A stretch of DNA of 64,000 nucleotides. Origin: Lingula anatina. Its lineage: Eukaryota; Animalia; Brachiopoda. The stretch spans positions 16,992,848-17,056,847 of the forward strand of contig CM120643.1 in assembly GCA_051362555.1 (NCBI GenBank). Reading direction: 5' to 3'. The notes below the pieces were generated by a model. It did not search any database and was not told the DNA's origin. It was given only the letters and a program-made list of their open reading frames with translations. Of this stretch, positions 26,498-38,879 are shown piece after piece. Made by a program: the position numbers and the translations under genes. Numbering within the stretch: the stretch's first letter is position 1; each line of letters opens with the position of its first letter.

Positions 26498-27821
26498 TAA
26501 ATTGATACAGCTTGACTGCCAGGCTGCATACTACCTCTGGACTACTATTGCCAATTTAAATCAATTTAAATTTTCTCACAGCTAAATGAAATAATTCTAG
26601 TCAAAAATGAAAGACTTTTTTATTGCCTTAGTTGTACTGGTCAAGAAGTCTATGCCTAAGGTAATATAGAGCATTGAACTATAAGCATTGTGTTAGGTGA
26701 CCTCTTGGTCACAACAGTACAATCAAACCAGAAACTAATCTCTACACTTAAATTTAAGACACATTCAATGGCAATTACACCTGAGATAACTGCCCTAACT
26801 GTTCAACACAATGACACTAGATTATTGAAAGACACGACTGTGGTAAATAAATTGAACTCCTCAGATGGAACTCGATAAATAATATACATAGTCAGTGAAG
26901 CACAAAATTTTTAATGCATTAATTGCCACAAACTGCATGCAGTTTCAAGAAATAACAAAAACCTCCAGTTCTGAAACCCTCGCTGTTTCTCAAAATGGCG
27001 AAAGTTGAAAACTGGCCACAGCAAAGACTTATAAGAATATCAGCCAACTAAGTTGCATTTCACTAAGAATCACCTGAAAGGACAATTAGCTCCTTTAGTC
27101 AGCCTTACTTAAATGACTTATTTTAAATGTCAGAGGAAATTGAATGGGGCCTCAGGATATTCTGTTTTATTCCAGGTCTATTTTTTGTGGCTTGCTAGTA
27201 TATACCAAAGAAATTTTCACAGTTGTCACCATAAGCCATACTTACATTTGTGACATTTGATATCTGAGATCTGCCTTGGGCGAGTGATGAGTCCATAACC
27301 GAGATAATTGAACTCTTGATTTCTTATAATGTTTTATATCTAATTCAGGTTTTGAATTCATACATATCAAAAAAAAAAAAAAAAGTCCTGGTAAATCCAA
27401 AAACCTCGAAATTAAGGGTACAGACCATTACTTTGCTATATGCCCTAAGCCCACACTCTCTATCACCCTGAGTTTCAGATTTCTCACCATGACTACGTTT
27501 TCCCCAGTTTATGCTCTCTAGCACCTTATATTATAGGGCACAAACTTTTCATTTATAAATAATTTGCTTCTAACCAGTACAATCTCTCTAACACTGCATC
27601 AGTCCTTGAGCTGACAAGAGAGGAGCCTCCAACAGACCCCGAAATTCAGGGTGTCAAGAAGAATTGTCCCTAAGGTCAGAGCCACCGTGGACATTTAAGG
27701 AATTCAGCAAATTAGTTTTATAAATTGACTGATAAATAAGGCTAGGGAAAACAAATCAATATAATTATAGGATGGTATGAAAATAGCTGCCTTTAATGCC
27801 AAGTCAGGTTACTATCTGATG

Positions 27822-27860
27822 GCGCGCGCGCGTGTGTGTGTGTGTGTGTGTGTGTGTACA
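27822..27860 (+). repeat. (GC)n(GT)n alternating purine-pyrimidine tract
   Basis: Read directly from the sequence. Confidence 0.9.
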
Positions 27861-30800
27861 AACAGAAGTGAACAACAACGTAATGACCACACTCATGATC
27901 AGTTTGTTATATATTCACACAACACAACTAACTTCTGAAGCAGACATGAAATCTGCATCAGTTGTATATTACTATGGTAACCCGTGTAAAATAATTTTTT
28001 AACTCTAAGCCTTATATTATCATAGACAGGAGAGTGTCCAAATGCCAATTAACCATTTCCTATAGGCAGTAACATTTGGGCAAATTCACTCGAAGTTTTA
28101 AAACTAACATTTGTTAAATCAAAATCAAATTTTACATCAAGTGCCTCAAAAAATGGCCTTTTCAACTGAAACCATTTCAAAACAATCTATAAGACTTAAT
28201 GGGTGGCTATTGTGTGCTAAATAACTGAAAACATTTTGCCCCATCAACCACAGATGAAAAAATCCACCACAAATCAATCATAAATACTCACTTGAATCCA
28301 GAAGCACAGCAATCCTGATCAAAACTGATCCAAAGGAGAAAAAAACTCGAGCGGGACAAAAACCAAAATCAATGAACAGCCTGATTGATTGAAGCTGACC
28401 CATTGACTGAGGGGGAAAGAAGGGAGTTATGAATGAAATATGCAGTGTTTATGTTTGCCTGACCCTCGTTCCTAATCTCTCACAATCGAGCTCAGCAAAT
28501 ATTGACCATTTGCTGCAATGGTCTGTACACATGAGGGAGTCGTTTGACGAATTGAGGCGAATTCCTTTTTAGATTAGAAAATGATTTGGAAGATATGGGG
28601 GCCATTTGAGATGATGGATAAATGTCGCTGGAATAATGTATTATAAGAGAATTCACTTTTAATGAATCATTTGGTGAATAAAGTATTATTGAATGGAATT
28701 GGATTCAGGAAATACTTCTTCATGGAAAAAATAAATCAGTTCTTTGGTGATTAGGAAAGAAATATTGCTACACTATATAAGTACAACAAACCACTTAAAA
28801 TTATTGCCTATTTTTAACATTTTTACAGATGATCACCATTCAACTTACTAACAACTTACTATCAAAGAAGGTCAACTTAAACTGGAACTGGCCCAAGGCC
28901 AAGCTGGCAAAATGTCAAAGTTCTAGCACATCCTTTTGCCATCCACTCAAAACTGAGGCAAAAATCGATTCGATCTTAAAGCAGGAAATCCAAATTGCAT
29001 AATCATGGCCTTAGATAACAGTTATATCTGATGGTCAAACAAAGCGGATAAAGGCTTGACCCAACATAAACTAAGACACAATAAACAAAAACTACAAAGA
29101 ATATCGGTCACTGTAATATCAGTTACCATCTCTTCACTGAGGAGGGGGAGGAGGGGGGGGGGGTAAATATTTGCTGCCATCGTATCTGAGGAGACAGAAA
29201 AACAAGGCTCGGCATTTGATCATCGAGCTGCTTTGCAAACTGAACAGTAAAATGACATTGTGTTATCTCAACACAATGCCTGACTTGATCTCATTACTGA
29301 AATAAAGATCAACAGAAGATGACAATTGCAAACTCAAAAAAGGGTAATCTGAGCTTCCTGCGTGGAGGCAGTCATTTTCTTAAACCAATACATGCCTGAG
29401 TGGTCTGTCAATAAAGTCAAGTAGGCAAGGGAATTTCAAAGTTAAAATTCATTCATCACTTTTGGATTTTTTAATCACCAGTTTTCAATACTTATATTTG
29501 TAAAAAGATATCAAGTTGATAACCTCATTTGCAGCGAAATTGCTATGTTAAACTTAATTCGCCAACACCTTTCATTACCCCCTTGTTTTCAAAATTCATT
29601 TGGTTATTTTTCTTTCTTCAATGTCCTCTCTTTCATTAATATATTTCAAATACTGGCTTCACTGAGTCCTCTAAAGTTTAATAAAATGCATATAACTTAC
29701 TGTGAAAAGTTATTTAAAAAACTTGCACAATTATACATCATACACACTTATATTGCCAGATATATGACCAATTCAAAGAATTCTCCAAGGACCAAAACAC
29801 ACCACACAAACCCTTCATCATCAATCAATCCATATATTATTCTTTCATATGCAATATATCACAGTTTCATTAAAAACCTATTCCCCTGCCTGATGTTTAC
29901 CACCCCAGCCAAGAACACCACTCTAGCCAATTTCATGCCCGAATTAATAATTCATAAATGGAAATAATTAACAGTCCCGCTATGCATCCTGTTACTGACC
30001 CATGTGCCTTATGGGATATTTAATGCCCAACTAGTTCACAAATTACGTCAATTAGGAAACACTAATTAACTGCGTCTGGCTGATTTGTTACAGTGTTTCT
30101 TAATCACTGCAGGCCTGTCAATCAATATGATGGAAGGCATGGGTTGATAAAGCAGCAGCAGCAACTCGACTCATTCTGCTTGCATACATCATACATGCAT
30201 GGTCAGTATCTTTAGGGTGTATGAAATGGCTTGTATTCAGTTGTCTTTGTTGAGATATGATAACCATTCATATGCTCCTATAGTTTGAAGGTGGCCTGTT
30301 ATATTTGTGTTAACTTTATTGTTATATATGTTTACTATTTTATCTTTCATAATTGTCTATTTGTTTTATGCTGTTTGTACATAATCCCCATTCCTGTGGT
30401 GCTTTCGACCACAAACAGGTACTAGTAACTAACTTATATGAACATTATTTGAAAGTAAAATTACCTGTATGTTTGTATTTGGAAAACTGTACCGTTCTTG
30501 GAAAACTGTACTGAGAAGCAATATTTCTTTCAGATGCCATACATTTGAAGGAAACAATACCAGCATAACTAAATGACCAAGCAACTGTTATAGTAAAAGT
30601 CAGCAGTGAAAATAGGAGCTTTATAAATATATTACAAAATATGTTACTGATAATTTTGGAACATTTCAGAATTTTTAAGTCTTTAAAATTATACAAAGCC
30701 AAAACCTGAATGAGGAACCTAGTTTTTACAAAGTGTTTATCATATATTATCCATTTTGCAATGTAAAATAGGTGCAGACATGCCATTAATAACCATACAT

Positions 30801-31494
30801 GAATATTCATACCGCAATACCTTCTTAAAACCAAAAGGAGCAAATTCAAGTGACCAGAAGTGGATCTGTTACTTAATCCAGTTTGTAAAGATAACAGCAG
30901 GAAGTATGGGAGTTGGGATAATAAGAGACTATATATCCACAAACAATGTCATCTCCATTCATCAGTACAAGACTTAACAACAATTCATCATAAATATAAA
31001 CAACACCTAAAGGTCTTCAAGCTTCAAGCCAAGGTGTTTTTGCACTCTTCATAAAGATAAAGCAGGAAGAAGTTTGTCACCTTGAGGTGGACTGGCACCT
31101 CACCTGTCTGGGGTCATGACCAATATCACCAAGCCAGCTATGCCAGGGAGGGGCACAGATGGTAACATGCTCTAGGGGCACTCTTCCCCCCCCCCCCCCC
31201 AGCAAATAAAATAAAATAAAATAAAATAAAATAAAATAAATAATAATAATAATAATAAATAAAAATAAAAAATGACAAAGTATAACAAAAACCTATAATG
31301 AACAACAAAATAGAAAATCAAGCAATTTCCCATCCATATGTTCTACAATTCTTTTTATTAGAATTAATTTGCCACATTTGAAATCCTTGACCATCACCCC
31401 CTCCCCCACCTCGTTTTACATGATAAGACATCTCAAAGTGTACCAGTTGTATCCCTAATATATTAGTATACTACTCAATGTGAAAAGGGTCTTA

Positions 31495-32060
31495 GGCCCC
31501 ATTCCCACATATGTTACTGATCTACATTGAACGATCCAACTCTGCGGAGACTCTCGCTGAGTGCATTAATCTTATTAATTAAAGTGAATGGCATTTCCTT
31601 CTGACATTGAGTAGAATACAGAAAAGCTGGTGATTATATGTAAAGTTGGAAACCAGAGGAGGCAGATCACTTAGGCCGCATATTCACATCGAGTTGAGCC
31701 ATGGCTCTATAAAGCCACGACCTAAATATGGCAGACGTACATAAAAGGAAAACCGCCTAATCTTTTAATAGTCTCTCCGCCTCTCACATGCCTCCCCATG
31801 TGTCGTCCCAATGGAGCCGAGATTTAATGACTGTACCCCCGCAGGGACGACGCATGGGGAGGCGTGTGAGAGGCAGAGAGACTATTAAAAGATTAGGCGG
31901 TTTTCCTTTCATGTACGTCTGCCATATTTAGGTCGTTTCTTTGTAGAGCCATGGCTCAACTCGATGTGAATGCGGCCTTAATTAAGCTGATTGCACTGAG
32001 CAAGTCTCTGCAGAGTTGGATCGATCTACATAGACTGGTGGAGTCTGTGGGAAAGGGGTC
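31495..32060. mobile_element. Harbinger/PIF-type MITE, family C, containing nested family D
   Basis: TTA TSD (31492-31494, 32061-32063). Ends GGCCCCATTCCCAC...GTGGGAAAGGGGTC. Inverted arms GATCCAACTCTGCGGAGAC / GTCTCTGCAGAGTTGGATC. Confidence 0.8.
31674..31977. mobile_element. Foldback MITE, family D (304 bp, ~135-bp near-perfect arms)
   Basis: TTA TSD (31671-31673, 31978-31980). Arms 31674-31809 and 31844-31977 surround a 34-nt loop. Confidence 0.9.
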
Positions 32061-33340
32061 TTAGACTGATCTCCTCACTGAAGATAGGGCAGAGATATCA
32101 GCCACAACATCAACAGGTTTAACTAAATCTGTCCTCAGACAACATTAAACACAGACTTTAGAAACCTAGATTATGTATTTCCTCATATCCCATTGTCTTC
32201 ATTATCACGTGGTTTACTTGGGATAAAAATTATGTCCAATTTTGTGTTTAAGTCAGATAATAAAGGGACTGTTCATATCATTGCTTTTGTTTTCATACAG
32301 AAAAAGAAATGCATGAAATGATTGTCATTGCGCTGCCTTTATTTGAACTTAACCAAGTCTTGAAGATATGGTCATAAAAATGTTCAAATTATTTTTCAAA
32401 CAATATTGGTGTTTAAAACTTGACACAGAGTAATGTCTTGAAAACACTAGAAACCATACAATGATGCCATGAAATGTGTTACATATGATCTTCCATTTGT
32501 GTTTCTCATTATTTCATATATTATGAGAACATATTGAATGGTTTAACTAACTCCTCCCCTCCCTAATGCCCACTGCTTTCAACTTTCATTCAAAAACTGT
32601 CCTTGAACATAATAACCATTTCGTGTTAAGAAGCACTTACTGCATATACCTATTAAACAACTATGAAATAAACAATTGGGTTGTTAATCAAAACAGTAAA
32701 AATTAAAATATCCCGATGTTGTCCAGTTATGTATGGAGTCTCAAGGAATGTGCTATTTCATACCCATTTTTCACTAAAATGGCACAGACCATTTCTCTTA
32801 TCTGTTTGATCATAGGAAGTCAACACATGGTCAATTTATTGACCAAATGAAACTGAATTTTTGCTGCAAAATATTAATTGTTGTTATTCATTCTAAAACT
32901 AAAATTACTGATTAAATGGTTTGGAAAATTAGTGCAGTAAAAAAGGTTTGTAGGCCATTTGTCTTAAACATTACTATGATGACAGTAAGAAGCATATTTG
33001 GAAATAGAAGACATGCAAAGAAAAGGCCCCACTCCTTTAAACACAGTTCTACAGCCAACCTTTCCCCAAGCAAAAGTGCCTACATCATCCTTATAATTAA
33101 AAAAAAAAAGGCCCCTTATTATAGAAAAAGAAATCCTCTCCTTAAAATTAAGGGTGTTTATGCACAGTTGCACACCTATCCTGTAAAAACAAAAATTTTT
33201 TTGCATGTTCTTTTAAAAAGCTGTAAATATTATATGCGAAGCATCAACCTGACACCTATGTTAACTGCCATCACAAAGGAATAAAATGAAAGTGTCAAGA
33301 AGTCCTAGCTATTTGGCCATGGATATCATGACAAATGCAT

Positions 33341-33530
33341 GCAGAACAAGCCGTGGACTAACAGATCTGCAGATCAAATATGGCCAAACCACTTGAAAGC
33401 TTGCTGCCTAATCCCCTAATATACACTGAATAGATTCCCAACGGACTATGCAAAAGCTTTCAAGTGGGTTGTCCACATGAGATCTATGGATCTGTTAGTC
33501 CATAGATCAGCTGCTGCTGTCCGAATGGAT
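33341..33530. mobile_element. Family B palindromic MITE, diverged copy
   Basis: TGGACTAACAGATCTGCAGATCAAATATGG...CTTTCAAGTGG...GGATCTGTTAGTCCA. The tips are degenerate, so boundaries are approximate. Confidence 0.7.
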
Positions 33531-34390
33531 ATAAGCATGCAAAAGAAAGGTTGAAGATCAAGTTCATCTCACTCCTCACCCCACCACACCCCACCACCCA
33601 GACACTGGCTATCTGTCTATAGGAGAGCTATGTATACAGACCACTGTTGTTAGCATATTATTAATAGACATGAGTAGAAATTAGTTCTGCATGATGTCTA
33701 GGGCAAATGTTGCCAAACTCAGCTCAGTAAATTTATTCTGCTGGTAGGTACAAAAAGCACTGATTCCCCCCCCCCCCCCCCCAACCCTAGCTCAAAGCAA
33801 AAAAGAAAAAAAAAAAGAGTATTAAAAACTGAATATAGTCCATAATTATAATATGTTCATAACAACTTGCCAATTTCTTTTCTAGGAATTAGCTAATAAT
33901 TTGACAAAACTAAGATTTGTTCCTGAACTTCTGACAAAAATATATTCCAATATATGGTAACTGAAACGAAATGGCTTAAATATGAATGAAAAACAGGCAA
34001 CCCATTTAAAAGACAAGGACAAATTGCAAGATGGATATTAAATGACAGTGATGCTGTACTCATGTCATGCAAAATCTCATCCAAAAACAATAAAAGAAAG
34101 TTGGTTTCCAGGCTTAGCTAATGGGTATGAAATTTAGACAGTATGCATTCATGTAAATTCAGATGGAGATGCAGTTATTCTTACCCATAAGGGGAATGGT
34201 TTCGGCAAAAATATATCAGGATTTTTCCACTTTTCAGGGATTCTAGATAATTTATAAGCACTTGCATGTCTTTGTGTTGCAAAAAAAAAAGGATCACTTT
34301 TCATTAAAATATGCAATGGACCTTCCAAAAATATGTTGAAGGCAGCCCTAAAGTTTGATAGAGTCAGCTATGCAGGAAGAAGCATGAGAA

Positions 34391-34392
<2 letters not shown>

Positions 34393-34448
<56 letters not shown>
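34393..34448 (+). repeat. (AT)n microsatellite
   Basis: Read directly from the sequence. Confidence 0.95.
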
Positions 34449-34451
<3 letters not shown>

Positions 34452-35267
34452 GTCCAGCCTGTATTATCAGTTTTCTGCAGCTGAGAGAGGATGCATACAA
34501 TGTGACAGCATGGTAAAAATGTTTATAGGAAGTAACATCATATCAAAATTATATATAATAGACCCAAATTACATATAATAGACATAACAATGCTATGAAA
34601 TAAATAAACTTGGAGTATTCCTATACAAACGTTTTTATAATGTTTGGGAATTAAATTAAGTACTCTATATTTTTACTCTAATAAAGTACTTAGTACTAAA
34701 ATTTTACTCAAGTACTAAAATTTTTAAATGCTTGGCCTGAACTGAAAGTTACATTATAATTATTATTATTTTTTTTATGTCCAGTCATTCAAGCAGGGTG
34801 TGTACTAGCAAATAATGACAATGTTAAAACCAAAAATCATTGGCTTGAAACTAGGACGTACGGTTTTGTATATCATAGCTTGAAATTAATTTCTAAAATG
34901 CTTCTTAAAGTAAAATAAAATACAGAAATAACCAAACATTACACTACAGGATGCAAGCATGTATTATAAGAATTTCATTTCTATTAGTCAATAAATCATT
35001 GTAATTATCTTCAAATTCAAAGATAACAAGAATTAATATATTCAACCAAAACCATTTGCACAATGGACGTTAGCACAATTAGCATCCGAGGACATGAAGT
35101 CATGTAAATGGATGTGTCATAATCATGAATTAAGTGTCACAGGCTACAATTCACCACCATCATCACTATTTTATTGACTCTAGTTGGAAGATCAGTTGAT
35201 CTCAATAAGACATAGGGGCCAGCTTTACAAAATGGCTAAAATAACCCAAAAATGCTCTAACTTTATT

Positions 35268-35895
35268 GACCCCATTCAATTATAGACATCAACTTAAATG
35301 GATCATCGGATACACCTCCTTTTGTTTCCAACATACTCGTACAATCACCTGCTTTTCTGTCATCAACCTAATGCCAGGAGGAGTTGTACCACTCAGTGAA
35401 GCTGATTGCCTTTAGCGCGAGTTTCTGGACAGTTGGGTTGATCCACAAAGACCAATGGTGGCCATGAATGCATTCAGAGCAGTGGACTAAGACCACATTT
35501 CCATAGATTTTAGATCGATCTATCCCTGTGGGGAGTCTCACTTGATTACTGTCAACTAAGCTGGCTTAAGCATCTGTCCCGCCTACTGAAAGCTGTAAGG
35601 GGGTAATTAACTATGGTGGGCGCTCGGCTGACTGCAATTTAGCGTGAACCCCCAGGGAGTTAGGTCGATCTAAATCTTAATCTCTGGATCGATCTTAATC
35701 TCTGGGAATACACCCTTACAGATCTGGGGATCATATATGGCGAACACTCTGAAAAGCGTGTTGCTTAATTCCCCAATTAGACACTGAATGGATACCCAGC
35801 TGGGATTACGCAACAAGCATTCAAGTGGGTTGGCCATATTTGATCCGCAGATCTGTTAGTCTGCTGTTCTGAATGTGCTCTCTGGGAATGGGGCC
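35268..35895. mobile_element. Nested MITE cluster: family C containing family B (35466-35880) containing family A (35491-35715)
   Basis: C left tip GACCCCATTC and right tip GGGAATGGGGCC-TAA. B ends GAATGCATTCAG...CTGAATGTGCTC. A sits at the TAA of B's GACTAACAG (TAA/TTA flanks). Confidence 0.78.
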
Positions 35896-37072
35896 TAAGA
35901 CCCAAAATTTGGTCCAGTGACTTCAGCTCCCAATAAACCTATCTGGTCTAAAACATTAGCTATGTCTTTTTTGTTAAAAAAAACTGGTATAGCAATATTT
36001 CATTTATGTGTACAGCTAGCAGTTTTATCACGAGTCAGGACAAAGTAGACTAAATTTGGACCTAAATGTAACAACTAATTTTTCAGCTCAAGTTCATTTT
36101 TTTAAACCGACCCATGAGCAGCATCCATTTCCACCTGCCATATTAGTATTCTCTGTCCATGTGTCTCTGTGCTTTAATTATTGTAGTAATGGGTAATAAA
36201 GGACCACATTAAGTACTAATAGTTCTGCCTCAGGTCACCTACTAATAGAACACTCCCTCATCTGATTAACAAACTGCTTCATGTTAAAACTATGACTCTA
36301 TCATGCAGAATCTCTCTTTTTTTTCGTCCACATATTTTTAAAGTTTATCAGTTTTTAGCTTTTATATATATATATATATATATTACACTATCAGTTTAAA
36401 TTTTTTCGTTATCTGTAACATGTTTAGAGCTCAATAAATCATTATTTTTGTTGTTGTTGTTCCTGGCTGCTCTTCAACCCAATAAAGACATACATACAGT
36501 TCTGCATTCCGAAAAATAAGACATATCACAAATATAAGATAGCAAATATGATACTATTCCCAATTAAATTCTTCCTTAATCTTTGCCACAGGATGATGAT
36601 CTTAGACAGAATGACCACAAGAAGGGGTTAATTCTAAACAAGGGGTCTCCTTAGTCAAAATTCCAAATTAATCATGTGAATGATTAAACAGTAATGGCCC
36701 AAAATTTATATTTACAGTATTTGTTTGTGTAAACCATGCCCCAAGTGTTAGGTTAAGGGGTTGTTTCGTCCAGTTATTAAATCAACTGACAAACCTGTCC
36801 TATATATTCAGGTGAAAATAAAGTTTGAAATCTCATTTCTAGTGTTTCAGAGCCAGTGTTTCACTTGATAAAAGATGGCTTTAAATTTTAATTGCTTATT
36901 AATTTCTACATAAAATTAATTTTAAACTGCAAATTTTATTGTGTCCATCCATCAGTATGCATATGATCAATAAATCTAATTACTTGCTGTTCAGTCTGTC
37001 TTACAGGAATGAGACTGATATTTAGCGAAAAAGAAAATATGGTGTGGGGTCCAGGGGGGCTGACTGCCAAGG

Positions 37073-37421
37073 TTAATGAAATATTTTGGCTCCAGAAAAG
37101 CCTATTTTAGCATTAAAAATCTCATCCCTGGTTTTAGCTTTGCAAGCGTGATTTTCGTTTTTCAGTCTTGTGTGTTCTAAAGCATGCATACTACATACAC
37201 CACAGATTCTTATATGATCTTTTTTAGATTTCCAAAAACTTGTGTGTACATGATTAAGATGTTTTAAAACGGCTGTTAGAAAAGATACTTTCAAGTCCAA
37301 GAGATAAACAACATATAGCGCTATCGAGTCAAATTCCATTGAACAAGATTGAACAGCTTTTCAGAGGGATATATATCATTACATTTTATCCAACAAATAC
37401 TTTGTCCGTGTATCTTTGCCT
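37073..37421. mobile_element. Possible one-ended remnant of a non-autonomous DNA transposon (Kolobok-like)
   Basis: Ends ...CAGCTTTTCAGAGGGATATATATC...GTATCTTTGCCTTGA, reminiscent of subterminal motifs of TTAA-targeting elements. No partner TIR found. Confidence 0.25.
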
Positions 37422-37698
37422 TGAGATCACTTATCTGACCTTATTAGTTCACACAGGTCACAGCAACAAATCTGACAAAAAACAGTGTCACATGCCCCAA
37501 TGATTCATTTCTTCACATCTTTGGCAACTGTGGACAATTTAGGTTGTTAACTGTCTGAGATCCCTTTTTTAACACACACATACAAACATACCTCAGTTTT
37601 GGGACAGATTACCACTGTTGACATACTATAGATTGAAACAAGGAAAGTGTTTTATATAAACTGTATTCATGAACCTTTTACGGCCAAAAGGTCTTCTC

Positions 37699-37740
<42 letters not shown>

Positions 37741-38687
37741 AGAAATTGGCCTAAACTTTTAACTTCTTATCAATGCAGGTGGCTAACTTTACAGACTTTA
37801 TCTGGGATTAAGTGAACTTAGACCTGATCAGTGATTACCAGGAAGATTTAGCCAGTGAGATAGATTGTAATCAAGGGAAAGCCTGAAGCATGTTCTTTAG
37901 TGGCATTCAGATCACCAAACTACTATCAACTTGTCAGGTAAAGTGTAGGAGGGAGGGGAGAGGGGGGATCCACACTATGCCCTTCATTTATCAAATGTCC
38001 ACAAACACCCATCAAGACATGAGGACAGTTTTACATTCTCTGCAGCAACTTGACCTCCAACACTGACAAGGCCATGAAGACAATGAACAATTGTTAGAAA
38101 ACCCCTCTGAAGTTGGGGGGGGGGGGGGGGGTGCATACATGGAAGTGCTGTCTCACAGGGTATCACAGATATAGCATGCTTGGTTTTGTGTCCTGAGAAT
38201 TTGTGATGATAAAAAGATAACAGTGGCTACAATAACAATTTATTCACTTAGACAATTCTTCATCTTTCTTTCTTTACTGTATACATTTTTTATTTTCTTT
38301 TGCTATTGTTTTGATTTTCACAAGTGTCTAGGATGCATCTACTCCTGTTGAAAAACATTTTTTTCTCTAAATACATGTTTTTCAATATCATTTAAAGCTA
38401 GAATGTACAGTTAGATTTATGTCTTTTCTATGCTGATGCTGATGAAATGAAATTTATATGCATTACAGAGGACTACAAATAATAATATGAAAAGACAGAA
38501 TAGTACCATAACACTTTTCCCACCCAAGTCATTACAAATTGTTTATGTAAACACAATGTACATCAATCATATATCAGTTTCTTAGAAAACCAAGCACTAT
38601 ATTCAACACAACTGACCATTAAAAATCCACTGACATTTGTCCAGTTTACTGAAATTAAGCAATCACTTTTGCAGAGAAAGAAACTAA

Positions 38688-38879
38688 GGGGCCGTTCACA
38701 TAGAAAATCTATTCTTTAAAAATCTATTTTCCATTCGCGGTATCTTGTGTTCACGGTCTGTGCCCTGAATATTCCGCGGCGTAATTACTGGCAGCGCGAG
38801 CCAGTTACTTCCGTGATCACAAGATACCGCGAATAGAAAATAGATTTTTAGAAAATAGACTTTCCATGTGAACGGTCCC
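38688..38879. mobile_element. Harbinger/PIF-type foldback MITE, family E (192 bp)
   Basis: TAA TSD (38685-38687, 38880-38882). About 69-bp inverted arms GGGGCCGTTCACAT...ATGTGAACGGTCCC. Confidence 0.88.
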
